Positions 34,726-45,192 of a stretch of DNA of 64,000 nucleotides are shown here, one piece after another. The stretch is taken from assembly GCF_027921745.1 (NCBI RefSeq), contig NC_079238.1, forward strand, positions 3,968,001 through 4,032,000, in the 5' to 3' direction. The stretch comes from Schizosaccharomyces osmophilus (taxonomy: Eukaryota). The position numbers and the translations under genes are program-made. The notes beneath the pieces are model-generated. The model made no database searches. It was not told the DNA's origin and saw nothing but the letters and a program-made list of their open reading frames with translations. Position 1 is the first letter of the stretch; each line of letters opens with the position of its first letter.

Positions 34726-35081
34726 TTTTTTGCATAAGGTTTTTTATTTATTTCAAACATAATAATGTTGTATATTAGATGTTAAGAAAAAAGGATCATG
34801 GAAAGTAGCACCAGAAAAATAATTAGGTAATTAAGTAAGTTATAACGGAAAATACGAAATTCATATAGTATGCATACCTTTTATTTATAAAAGCATAAAG
34901 CAAATTCCTTAAAGAGCTGGCCTGCCATCAACGGGTTAGCAATTCGGTAAGAGCAACTTATTTCTTTTACCGAGTTTTAAAAAAAGTCCCAAACGTACTC
35001 ATCTACAACAACAGTAGCGGATGATAGTATTTATTGAACACCATCATAAATTGAAAGTAATTCTATAATAATAGAGCAAAC

Positions 35082-35887
35082 ATGTTATTAGACACGACAT
35101 CAAATCGGGCCAGTGCTTTTTTCAGCAAACTGTCTTCTGTGTTTGTGCTTTTATGTGCAATTATTACAGTCCAAAATATTGTGGAAACACCCAGTGCGGA
35201 GCAAATTCATCCAGCTAATGTTCATTATGCTAAATAGTAAGTGGAATTTTGAAAGAAATGTTGCTATGAATTCCTTTCAAGAGAATACTCAAGGGGTACC
35301 AACTACGTTTATGAAGACAACCGATTCTGAGCATGGGAGAGTTTCAATAGAATGGACAATTGAAAAATGTTTTCAGGAAGGGATTAGGCTTCGTGATTGC
35401 TTGAGGTTTTGAACGGTGAAATACTAACAATTGGAATTTAGCAAACCAGCCCGATTTTACCATGCCTTTCATAACAAGAAGCAGAATTACGCTCAAGTCA
35501 AATTTGACTTGGATGCCGATTTTTCAAACCTATGGACTTGGAATACCAAGCACGTTGTTGTCTACTTGGTAGCGTCCTACCCGACAGAAAAGCATGTATG
35601 TTGCCTAGATGGGATGGGTTGGAATTTGAGTTTGAATTGCTAATTATTTATAGGATTTGAATGATGTTGTAGTTTGGGATCGCATATTGTCAACGCCGGA
35701 CGAGTCCCATTTGCAAGTGAAGAATGCACTTTCGAATCTACATGCACATCCATTTAACGAGTATAGCAATGATTTTAGTAACTTGGAAGCAAACTATACA
35801 ATGCATTGGACGGTGTCTCCAAAACTAGGATTTTTGACGTGGGGCTCTGGAATTTCGTCTTTGGCCGTACCTTTTACGAAGATTTAA
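35082..35887 (+). CDS. spc3: Signal peptidase complex subunit Spc3; exons 35082-35236, 35442-35595, 35654-35887
   Basis: N-terminal transmembrane segment, FDLDADFSNLWTWNTKHVVVYLVASY and NDVVVWDRI. Introns 35237-35441 (GTAAGT..TACTAAC..TAG) and 35596-35653. Confidence 0.9.
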
Positions 35888-36391
35888 GAAGGTGTTTGAG
35901 TGAAGAAGGAAGGAATTTTTTCGTCTACATGTTCTTGCTCAATGATGGATGGGTATGAGAGAGGAAATGTGCCTACATGGAATGGAGTCATACAGCGAGC
36001 AAAAAGGTACGAGGAATAAGAGAGCAAGCCAAAGGAATTGAAGTCTAAGGAATTGTATAATGAATCATTCAATCGTTTACAGCATACTGAAGTCATGGGG
36101 TATTGTAGGTGGAATTCAAGACCGAAGCAAGTAAATTTGCGTCAGCGCTTGGTAATTGTTTGTTGAAAGTATTTAAATGGAAAGTGTATAAAATAGATTG
36201 ATACTGGAACGTTTGGTTTTTGGAAATTAAAAAAAAGGTAGAATACACTCTTTTATTTATTTATTTATTCTTTCGAGATTCTCGTGGAAAAAGACAAAAG
36301 TCGATTATACAAAGCGTCAAAACGAGTGTAGGACGTTTTTGCTTGCTTCCAAGCGAAAAAGAAGAAGAAAAAAAAAAGAAAGCACGTTGAA

Positions 36392-37567
36392 ATGAATAGT
36401 TCGCAAGAAGCGGTTTTTCAACGCTATTTCTATCAAGTGTATGGAAATGGCACGGTAAGCAATGGAACGTTATGCTACCTATGGAGACAACAAAACTGGC
36501 CGAGCATAACGGAAGAAGGGTCAGTTTTGAATGGAGTGAATTGCGATAGCCCAGTGAAGAAGCTGGCGGGACACGGGGCAGTTGGTATTGTGTCTGCGTG
36601 CCTTGGGTTCCTGTTAATCCCACTTTTGATTCTGAACATTGGAAAATTCAATGTAGCAGGGGCGACGAAAGGATTCCAAAGACGAGCGGAATTTTGCTGG
36701 ATGATTTTGTTGATTCTTGTGATGGCGGTGTCTGGGTTTGCGTACATTGACGTGGACCGGAGCTTGGTTCAAGGAATATCGCTGTGTATTTTCTCCTTTT
36801 GCTTTCACTCAAATGTACCGATGTTGGTGCTGGTGTACTGGCACTATGTGAGTACGTATGGATTCATACGCTGGCGCGAGCGAACGGTGGTAGGAGAAGA
36901 AATGGATGGAAACGAGCGAATGCAAAGAATTGAGAAAATGGAATACGGAATGCCTGTGGTAGTTTACATACTGGCGATCATTGGATTTTTGCTAGCGGGC
37001 TTTCATTCGTGGGGAAAGCTAGCGCGGGGAGAGGAAGGAGTAGCGACGAATGCGCGATTCAAAGCGTCGGCGATTCTGAATTTGCTTGGACTTTTATGCT
37101 GTGAAGGAGCATTTTGCATGTACCTGATTGAATTTGGACGTGACCGGAGAAAACGATGGATGAGCGTGAATGCGGGCGGATTGATGGTGCTTATACGAGA
37201 AGTGTATGGATGTTTATCGAGTTGGAATTACCATTGGAACGCGAGCAATCCAAAAGTGAATCCAGGAATTGCGTTTGGGCTTGGCTATCTACCGGAGCTG
37301 CTTTTAGGATTGGTGATTTGTTTGTATGGACTATTGACGCCTGGCATTGCGCAAGTGGAACGGCTTGCACTACAAGAAGTAGAAGAAGAAAAAGAAAAAG
37401 AAGAGCAAGAGCAAGAGCAAGAAAGGATGGCAGCAACCAGGACGACGCCCGCGAGGGCGTCTACGGGATTACCACCGCCGCCCTATCAAGAAGTATTTGT
37501 GAATGAAGCAGGAATAGAAGGAGAAAAGGAAGAGCCCATGGAGGTGAGAATTGAAAGAAGATTGTAG
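36392..37567 (+). CDS. Conserved fungal multi-pass membrane protein (DUF2434-like, SPAC56F8.12-like)
   Basis: 391-aa ORF with GNGTVSNGTLCYL, IDVDR and several transmembrane segments, a C-terminal PPPPY motif and a syntenic position after spc3. Confidence 0.75.
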   Translation: MNSSQEAVFQRYFYQVYGNGTVSNGTLCYLWRQQNWPSITEEGSVLNGVNCDSPVKKLAGHGAVGIVSACLGFLLIPLLILNIGKFNVAGATKGFQRRAEFCWMILLILVMAVSGFAYIDVDRSLVQGISLCIFSFCFHSNVPMLVLVYWHYVSTYGFIRWRERTVVGEEMDGNERMQRIEKMEYGMPVVVYILAIIGFLLAGFHSWGKLARGEEGVATNARFKASAILNLLGLLCCEGAFCMYLIEFGRDRRKRWMSVNAGGLMVLIREVYGCLSSWNYHWNASNPKVNPGIAFGLGYLPELLLGLVICLYGLLTPGIAQVERLALQEVEEEKEKEEQEQEQERMAATRTTPARASTGLPPPPYQEVFVNEAGIEGEKEEPMEVRIERRL

Positions 37568-37732
37568 TTTGATAGGAATGATAGAAGCAATAGAAATGGA
37601 TTTATGATTTATAAAATGCTGTAAATTGAAACAGTCGAGGCATGGCAGCAATTCATTGAATATGATTTGACGGACTTTGACAGACTATATTATTTTTATT
37701 TTTATTTTCATGTTTATGTTTATGTTTAGTCC

Positions 37733-37778
37733 ATAGTAATAGTAATAGTAATAGTAATAGTAATAGTAATAGTAATAG
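37733..37778. repeat. (ATAGTA)n microsatellite, about 7.7 copies
   Basis: Perfect hexamer tandem run, directly visible. Confidence 0.95.
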
Positions 37779-38189
37779 CAATAGCGTCTTTGATAGCAGC
37801 TACGACATTTTCTCTCGATGACAAATTTCGCGAATCAATCTTGTTTGGGTTGAATCAACTTATTGCGCCTCGTTCATTCTGCCGGGTGGTGTTTATGTTC
37901 TCACACTCGAGAGATCTGACGAACTGCTGTTTTTGTTTTGTTTTCGTTTTCGTTTTCGTTTTTTGCAATGGCTTCCTGAGTTCCTTTGGGTCCTTGGGAG
38001 GAGTATGGCAGAGACACCGGCAGGGACAGCTTCGACAGCAACGACAACGATAGCAACAGCAACAGCAACTTTGTCTCTGTCGCTGTCATAGCTGCTATCC
38101 ACATGTAAAAAAAGAAAACGTTACAACAGACATGTTTATCGCATCGCCATTATAAAGCAATTCCTTCCTTCCTTCCTCTCTTCTCTCTT

Positions 38190-38238
38190 CTCTCCCCCAC
38201 TCTCACACTCTCCCCCACTCTCACACTCTCCCCCACTC
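38190..38238. repeat. 18-bp tandem repeat CTCTCCCCCACTCTCACA, about 2.7 copies
   Basis: Units start at 38190, 38208 and 38226. Confidence 0.9.
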
Positions 38239-38869
38239 CACTCTATCACAACATCTTATCTCGCAAACATACTTCCAGAAATCTCCGCTTCAAATTACGT
38301 CGCCAAAAGATATGACATAGAAAATTCTCTCGTTATCCCTTTTTCTTTCCCGTACAATCCACCTCTCTCTGTCTCTCTTTTTTTGTTTCTTTTTTTGTTT
38401 CCGTTTTATAAAAAGATCTCTTTCCCCTTTCTTCATCCTCATTCTCTCTTCTTTTGCGCTCACGTTGATCGTTAACGAACCGACCGTCCTACCGATTGAC
38501 CGACTGACCGATTGACTGCCTGACCGCCTTTCCGGTCTTGTTTCATCATCCATAAACAGTGTTACAAGTTTTTTATTTTTATTTTGCTTTTGCTTTTGCT
38601 TTTGCTTGTACGTGGTCTTTTTGTCTTTTGGGTCTGTTGTTGTTGTTGTTGTTCAACGCTGCCGTCAATTCCTCTCTTACATACGACTATCATCCTTTAC
38701 TTGCTCTGTACCAACTCTAGGAAAGGACAAGAAAGTGTTTTTATTTTTTTTTAAATTTCTTCTTTTTTTTTTTTTTGCGGTGATTGACGACTTTTTTGTT
38801 TCTGTCGCTTGCTTTTTCGGTTGTTTCTTTGATTTTGATTTTACCTTTTGATACCTTTTGTTTGGAATT

Positions 38870-38873
<4 letters not shown>

Positions 38874-38917
<44 letters not shown>
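38874..38917. repeat. (CT)22 microsatellite upstream of esc1
   Basis: Perfect dinucleotide run. Confidence 0.95.
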
Positions 38918-38922
<5 letters not shown>

Positions 38923-39137
38923 CCTCTCTCAATTATCGACTCGTAGCTTTCCTTCCTTTCTCTACAAGGTAACCAGCCTCTTGCTTGTCTTGTTTCTCTC
39001 CTCCTCGTTTATGTTGTTCGTTCATCTACAACATTCCCCGTTGACTCGTTCTACTCTCGTCTCTTTTTCTTGACTATACCTGTAACTCTGTCTCTCTTTC
39101 TCTTTCTCCATCTTCTCTTCATTTTTCAGTTTTCATC

Positions 39138-40274
39138 ATGTCTAATGCTTATTCGCTTCCTCATATGCCTTCCATCACCACTACTGGTCCCACTTCATAC
39201 TCTCTCCCAAACCTCGGTGCTACCACTTCATCTTCCTCTACCTCCTCCCAACAATACCCTCCTCCATCAACAGATTCCTCCTTTTCCTATTCTTCCTCCC
39301 AGCCTCGCCTTCCTCCCATCAATTGTATTACAAAGCCCTTTCAACATCCTCCTCCCCAATCTTCTTGGCCTCCTCTCTCTTCTTCCGTTTCTCCTTCCTC
39401 CTCTTCCGCCCTAAAAGAATCTTCCTCCTCTTCTTCTTCTTCTTCTTCCATACCTTACTCCCGTACCCTCCCCTCTTCCTCCAATCCTTCTTTCCCAAAT
39501 TCCCTTTCCGCCGCCGCCGCTCCTTCTTTAACCTCCAACAAGGATCCTTCTTCTTCTTCCTCTCCCGAATCCCTTCACTCTTCTCCTTACGCGAATTCCA
39601 ACAACTACATGCCCCTCCCCTCCCAACAATCCATCTCTTCGAATCCCTCCATTCGAAACGATGCTTTTACTACCTACGTTCATTCCGTCCAGAATCCAAA
39701 TCCTCCTCTGAAGCCTTTATACCTCACTCCCCAGAATCTCCCCCCTTCTGCCATTTCTTCGGGTTCTAGCAAACCTTCTTCCCCGTCCGTCCCTACTCCC
39801 CCCCTCCAACAAATACCTGTCCCAGACTACCACCATCAGTCTTACTACCATCAACCTCATAAGCAGCAGTCCCCCGCTTCCAATCCCTCCTCTCATTCTT
39901 CTACCCTCTCCAAAGTTTGCCCACCTACTGGGCCTTACCCTCTCAACGCAAACGTCTCTTACGGCCGCAATGATTACTTGCGTCGTGTTACCTCCATGGT
40001 TCCCGTTCACACCGACTACATGAATCCCTATGTGCGAAACCCAGAACTTCGCACGAGCCATAAACTCGCCGAACGAAAACGCCGTAAGGAAATCAAGGAG
40101 CTCTTTGATGACCTCAAGGATGCTCTTCCGGTCGACAAGAGTACAAAGTCTTCGAAATGGGGTTTGCTAACCCGTGCCATTCAGTACATCGAACAACTTA
40201 AATCAGAACAAATGGCCTTGGAGTCCCATATCAAGAATCTTGAAAATCAACCTCATAGAGAAAATCAAGCCTGA
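39138..40274 (+). CDS. esc1: bHLH transcription factor Esc1
   Basis: Ser/Pro-rich N-terminus with RLPPINC and NDAFTT.VHSV; bHLH RTSHKLAERKRRKEIKELFDDLKDALP...SKWGLLTRAIQYIEQL. Confidence 0.93.
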   Translation: MSNAYSLPHMPSITTTGPTSYSLPNLGATTSSSSTSSQQYPPPSTDSSFSYSSSQPRLPPINCITKPFQHPPPQSSWPPLSSSVSPSSSSALKESSSSSSSSSSIPYSRTLPSSSNPSFPNSLSAAAAPSLTSNKDPSSSSSPESLHSSPYANSNNYMPLPSQQSISSNPSIRNDAFTTYVHSVQNPNPPLKPLYLTPQNLPPSAISSGSSKPSSPSVPTPPLQQIPVPDYHHQSYYHQPHKQQSPASNPSSHSSTLSKVCPPTGPYPLNANVSYGRNDYLRRVTSMVPVHTDYMNPYVRNPELRTSHKLAERKRRKEIKELFDDLKDALPVDKSTKSSKWGLLTRAIQYIEQLKSEQMALESHIKNLENQPHRENQA

Positions 40275-41164
40275 TCTCATACACCCTCGTTGTATGTTTT
40301 CGTTTCTGTTTGTCATTTTTTGGGTATGTTTTAAGATTTCCGTTTTGATGTTCTCCCATTTTTATTTTATTTTTTTTATCTATGTATTTTTAAACACGAT
40401 GGGTGTTTCTTTTCAGGGTGCTGCCGCTCTACTCTGCCTTCTCTCAACACGGTCTCGTACTCTTGTTTTCTTTACAGGCTGCTTGCTTGTTGCATGCTTG
40501 TTGTATTCCTGCATATACTCCTTATAGAAATCGCCAACCATGCTACCGCCATTTCATCTCCTCTTACCAATTTTTTAGACTTGTGTCTCGTTATTTCTGT
40601 TTTTTATCTACTTTTTCTTTCTACTTTCGTGTCTTAAATTTTTTTTTTAAAAAAAAAAAAAACAAAAAAAAAATTAAATTAAATTTATATGACATATAAG
40701 ACATACATATATCTAAAATTGTCTCGTCGATTTCTGTCATTCAAGTTTTCTGGTAAATTTTTTACTCTCTCCGTTTTCATATAGTTTGTAATGAATATCA
40801 TGAGCCGTTCTTATCCATCTTCCTTCTTTTACTCGTTCTTTTTGAAACGCTTGTCAGATACCAAAGAATCCATGAACTCATTGCTGACAGGTGTGTGCCT
40901 AAGTATGGAAATACCGTAAGAATGTATATATTTTCAAATGGTAAAAGTTCTGGGAATACGAATTTTGTGACCACTAAACAAACCCCCGTTCCTCAGTGTC
41001 TTGACAGCCTAGTCCATATTTTACTCCAGCATTCGTTTCCAATAACTATTAACAGCTATAGTCTCCATACGCTGATCTTTACTCTATATTTTCATATAGT
41101 ATGCTAAATGCTAAATCTTCATTTTCCCAATGTAATCCCATTGTAACCCAAAAGTTCACTTGTT

Positions 41165-42820
41165 TTACCAATTCGTATCGTCCACAGAAATCAACCCTTG
41201 TTTCTTGCGACGCCAAGCCCACCGATCAAGCCATATCTGCATTTTTTCACGAGATCGCTGGCTACCCATGTTTACCGTAGGAATGGTGGACAGGATATTC
41301 ATACTAAGGCAAAACATAGTCAAGTCATAAAAACTAGAATGCTCACTATAGGGAGCTACGAATGCAGCAACTTTGTCGTTTGCTCCTCTCATAGCTCGCA
41401 AGTCGTGGGATACAAACTGTGGTGGCCGAGAAATTATGGACTCAAGGTTACTACTAAGATCAGCTCGTTTTTCTAGCGGCTGAAACGTCCATCCAGTAAC
41501 TCGATACCCAATCACTCTCTCAAAAGAATTGTGTTGCTCGAGATATTCCAATAAAGAACCGGGCTGTATACCGCCCATAGTTACCATATGCACAGATGCC
41601 TGTGACGGGTCATCTGTTAACAAATCCAGCAATTCCTGGTCGCCAAGTTGTTCTATAATAAGTCGTTTTCTAGGCACCACAAAAATTTTTGAAGAAAGTG
41701 CTTTTGCTATAGCTATGGCAACCTTTTCCTTGCCAATGCTGTATGTGCTAACAACTATAAGCAATTTTGAGTTGGCTGCATTCCTCACATCTAGTGCTTT
41801 GCGAGCACACGCGTCAACAACGTCTTTTTGTGCAGGAAATGTATATTTTGGATTTAGGTATGTAGTGTCCAGATACAATTTATGGATAGTTTTGTCTTTC
41901 AAAGCTGGGTGTGTAACGTGAGCTCTAGAAGCCCGGAAATCACCACAATGAAGGACCCTCTTTGTCTTATTTTCGTGAAGAGTCTCGAAGAGAAACATAG
42001 CTGAACCGGGACAATGATTGGCATTAATGAGACAAACTGTAACACCCATAATGTTGTGAGGCTCGTTTAACGAAAGCTTGTGCACATACTTTTCATTCAC
42101 GTGAAGGACATTGATAAGTAAATTTCCAGTGACTTCGGAGCAATATATAGGGCCATGTTCCCATTTCGAGGACAATCCACCGTAATGATCAGCATGGAAA
42201 TGAGACAAAAAGTAAGCTTCAACGCCATCTATAGCTCCAAAGCTAAAAGCGTCAACGGCGAAGGGCATATTATAAGGCATAATCTTATAGAAAGGAGCCA
42301 GATTGGACTTCTTTGCAGGTTTATTAGCATCCAGGGTGGGCGTAGTTCTAGGGTCAACAACGATGGTATCAGCATCCTGTGAGCTTTTCGAAGACAAAAA
42401 TAACTTCTTTTTGGCATTTTTAGCAAAGGTTTCAGGTGTTCGACCATCAAGGCAAGCGTTCACGTGTTCATTAGCATCAACGGAAAGGGCTGAAAAGTCA
42501 ATTTGGCAAACAGGGCAGAGCATTACCTCCGGCATACTGATCTTTTCAATTTTGTAACTAGAGGACTTTAAAGGTTCTAGAAATCCAGTTTCGTTTTGAG
42601 GCGCCCATTGAGGAGGCTCCACGTTTTCAAGCTTTGTCGACGGGTCATTGAATCGTTCTAAAGCTTCAGGAGTTATTTCTTCGACTTGCAAACTGGTTGC
42701 TTTGGTTTTGGCCTCTTTCTGGGATGCCTCAATGGCTGCGGCTTCGTTTCCCCATATATTACGGCCAGTATTATTTTTTTGAAAGAAATCTAAAATCGTA
42801 GATGTTTTCCTTTTGCTCAT
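41165..42820 (-). CDS. pso2: SNM1/Pso2 DNA crosslink repair nuclease (MBL/beta-CASP)
   Basis: UBZ finger CPVC..HVNAC; FLSHFHADHYGG, ANHCPGS, HCGDFR, LYLDTTY, IGKEK and PYSEHSS. Confidence 0.95.
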   Translation of the reverse strand: MSKRKTSTILDFFQKNNTGRNIWGNEAAAIEASQKEAKTKATSLQVEEITPEALERFNDPSTKLENVEPPQWAPQNETGFLEPLKSSSYKIEKISMPEVMLCPVCQIDFSALSVDANEHVNACLDGRTPETFAKNAKKKLFLSSKSSQDADTIVVDPRTTPTLDANKPAKKSNLAPFYKIMPYNMPFAVDAFSFGAIDGVEAYFLSHFHADHYGGLSSKWEHGPIYCSEVTGNLLINVLHVNEKYVHKLSLNEPHNIMGVTVCLINANHCPGSAMFLFETLHENKTKRVLHCGDFRASRAHVTHPALKDKTIHKLYLDTTYLNPKYTFPAQKDVVDACARKALDVRNAANSKLLIVVSTYSIGKEKVAIAIAKALSSKIFVVPRKRLIIEQLGDQELLDLLTDDPSQASVHMVTMGGIQPGSLLEYLEQHNSFERVIGYRVTGWTFQPLEKRADLSSNLESIISRPPQFVSHDLRAMRGANDKVAAFVAPYSEHSSFYDLTMFCLSMNILSTIPTVNMGSQRSREKMQIWLDRWAWRRKKQGLISVDDTNW

Positions 42821-43436
42821 GATATCGTATATAGACTGTGAGATTTATGCTCCAGCTATGATAGCACCTTTATCAAAACGGAATTTAAAAAAGGAGGTAA
42901 CCTCTGGGTAAGCAACAGCTTCGTTATAAATTTTCGTTTGGTTTCGTTTGCTTCAGCAATCGAACCTTTACAAATTGTAAATCCTTACAGAAAAGTGAGA
43001 ATGGGGCAAATTGCTTTTTGAGATAATTTTCCGATTTTTTTTAATTAATTAATTAAGAAGTAAAACAAAATGAAGGAACAGCTCTAAGTCGGTAGTAAAA
43101 AAAAAACAACTTCCTACTATTTATGTGGTAGAAAGGACAGCTAAGCCAAAGAGGAAAACTGCTTTTTATGTTGTTAAAGCAGTAAAAACCTCGAAAAAGG
43201 TTTTTTATTATAAGCAAGAACAGTCCTTTCGAAAAGAGTATGTTTAAAGGTCAAATGGAAATTTCAAATAGGATTTGGGGACATTTTGGATTGCGCATCA
43301 TCTTACGAGTCGTTAATTCTGATTTAGGAGTTTCGGCAATTTCGCTAATAGCTGAATAAAATGTAAATATAGCTATTAAAGGCGAAATTGAAAGACTGGA
43401 AATTGTGTTTTTTTACAATGTTAATGGAAAATTCAA

Positions 43437-43808
43437 TCAATACCTTGCTCGTTTGTCTTTCAGAAGCAACTTTCGAGTCCTTTTATGCCTAGCTTTCGAG
43501 GTGTCCCTTTCAAAAGTAAACGGCAATTCTTGAGAATCAGTAGAGGAGGACGCTCGGCAGTCAAAGCACCCAGTTTTCTTTGTCTTTTTATTTTCAAAAA
43601 ATCTTTCATTTGTTAATGGAGGAAAGCTTTCAGTAGCGACTGCACCTACAGACCGTTTGTTACAAGCTTGAGAAGCAACGAATGAGAAAGGGGGAGGGGC
43701 CTTGCAAATCGAAAGAAATCCATCGACGATGTGCTCTTCAAATTTAAGACAAGGATGAAAGTAATACGGATCTGCTTCTTGTTTTCGAATTATCTCAAAA
43801 TCCTCCAT
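43437..43808 (-). CDS. mug103: Small Schizosaccharomyces-specific protein, probable Mug103 orthologue
   Basis: 123-aa ATG ORF (MEDFEII...) between pso2 and csn4 in the syntenic orientation, with a FLEX motif just upstream. Identity rests mainly on synteny and size. Confidence 0.6.
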   Translation of the reverse strand: MEDFEIIRKQEADPYYFHPCLKFEEHIVDGFLSICKAPPPFSFVASQACNKRSVGAVATESFPPLTNERFFENKKTKKTGCFDCRASSSTDSQELPFTFERDTSKARHKRTRKLLLKDKRARY

Positions 43809-43848
43809 TTCCTTTTCGTTTTGTGTAAGTGCAGTAGACAAGTTTCAT

Positions 43849-43859
43849 GTAAACAAACA
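43849..43859 (+). promoter_or_regulatory. FLEX (forkhead/Mei4-type) element GTAAACAAACA
   Basis: Exact extended FLEX sequence about 40 nt upstream of the mug103-like ATG. Confidence 0.55.
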
Positions 43860-44061
43860 AATGATGACCCATCGACTTGGAGCAAAACGAGGCCAAAGAA
43901 AATCCAAGAAAAAACATTAATAAGAAACCTCTTTTTAAAATTCTCAATGGAAAAAAAATTAGATGGAAATAGGAATAGAATAAACAAGGTTATAGTACAA
44001 ATAAATGGGACATCTTCCTAGTAATGAAAAGCTTTTTGTATTAGTAAAACGAGAGTTCAAT

Positions 44062-45192
44062 CTATCCGTATTGATTCAGTATTTGTGAAAGATTTTCAAT
44101 GTAATTTGGACGATTCAAAGGTTTTTCGGAATTGGGAAGAAAGGAAATATAGCCAGCAAATTGATCAATGGATGCCCGAATACGATGTTGAAAAATCATA
44201 TTTGTCAGTATCGCATCCAATTCATTCAGTGAGATGCTAAAGGTTTTCGCTAGACTCTCCAAAGATGCAACTTCATAAAATTCGGATACGAAAAGAAGAT
44301 TTGTTTCCAAAAAATGCTTGGGATTTGCTATGAGTGTATGCATATACTGAACTTGGTGAGGAAGTAATAATGGCAAAATCGAGTTTGCATCCTCCAATGT
44401 AACAAAATTTCTTTGAAGGTATTTTTCGAGAAATGGATACAGCGGCAATTCTTTCACATTTGGAAGCAAGGACAGTTCTTGTAGAAACTGCAAAACGATC
44501 AGAGAAGGTGTCGCCAAAAGCAGACATTGTATAGCAAGGCTTAAGTTTTCAAGGAAAACAATCTCATTCCCCGGCACTTTATATTGAAGAGCTTTATAGT
44601 AGCTTCTTGCTGCATCTAAAAACTGTAACGTTTCATCTAGAGCCCTTGCGTTGCACAGCTGAAGCTCCATCAAAAGCTGATGATCATTTGTTTTGTGTGC
44701 GATAGGCATACTTGTTCGCATCAAAAGAATTGCCTTCTCCGGCTTGCCAAACTTAATATAATTCTCCCCTAGTCGAATTCTTAACAGTAAAAGTTGTTCC
44801 AAGTCACTTTCCAGATTTGCATGTTTCTCTAGCGTCTCTAGAGCAGTACAAAGGTTCTCGTAGTTGTTTTCCGCTTCGAAAACAGCAGCAAGCTGCAAGC
44901 TGCATTTTGCTAATAGCTCGGACCGAATGCCTTCTAATGGCGAGAGTTGTTCATACATGTATTCTAGAAGCCCTTTTCGAATTGCAAGAGAAGATATACC
45001 GGCTGTCACGTCTAGTAAATGATGGAAAGCTTCGTTTGTCCGCTCATCCCGGCCATATTGAATACATATTTGAACACAATTCTTTAACTCTTCGTACAAT
45101 CCTTGCTCGTTTGTGTAATGTAAAGCCAATGTTGCCTGAAATCGCTCCTTAGAAAGCTTCCCTTCTAGGAAAGAATGCAAGACTTCATCCAT
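44062..45192 (-). CDS. csn4: COP9 signalosome subunit 4 (PCI domain)
   Basis: 376 aa; LQLAAVFEAE, LCNARALD...FLDAA..Y, LLPHQ, ETNLL and IRASIDQ (PCI winged helix). Synteny agrees. Confidence 0.85.
   Translation of the reverse strand: MDEVLHSFLEGKLSKERFQATLALHYTNEQGLYEELKNCVQICIQYGRDERTNEAFHHLLDVTAGISSLAIRKGLLEYMYEQLSPLEGIRSELLAKCSLQLAAVFEAENNYENLCTALETLEKHANLESDLEQLLLLRIRLGENYIKFGKPEKAILLMRTSMPIAHKTNDHQLLMELQLCNARALDETLQFLDAARSYYKALQYKVPGNEIVFLENLSLAIQCLLLATPSLIVLQFLQELSLLPNVKELPLYPFLEKYLQRNFVTLEDANSILPLLLPHQVQYMHTLIANPKHFLETNLLFVSEFYEVASLESLAKTFSISLNELDAILTNMIFQHRIRASIDQFAGYISFLPNSEKPLNRPNYIENLSQILNQYG

Noticed and set aside
35237..35441. Possible C/D snoRNA in the 205-nt spc3 intron (ATGAAGA...CTGA)
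   Set aside because: The C box is imperfect, with no terminal D box/stem and no recognisable rRNA guide.
38480..38530. Degenerate (GACC/GACT/GATT)n run and other short repeats considered as CRISPR-like or telomeric
   Set aside because: There is no repeat-spacer structure, the context is eukaryotic, and it is simple-sequence slippage.
37790..39414. Cluster of 60-115 aa ORFs upstream of esc1
   Set aside because: They are products of microsatellites (RERE, LSLS and VFVF runs) with no coding signature.
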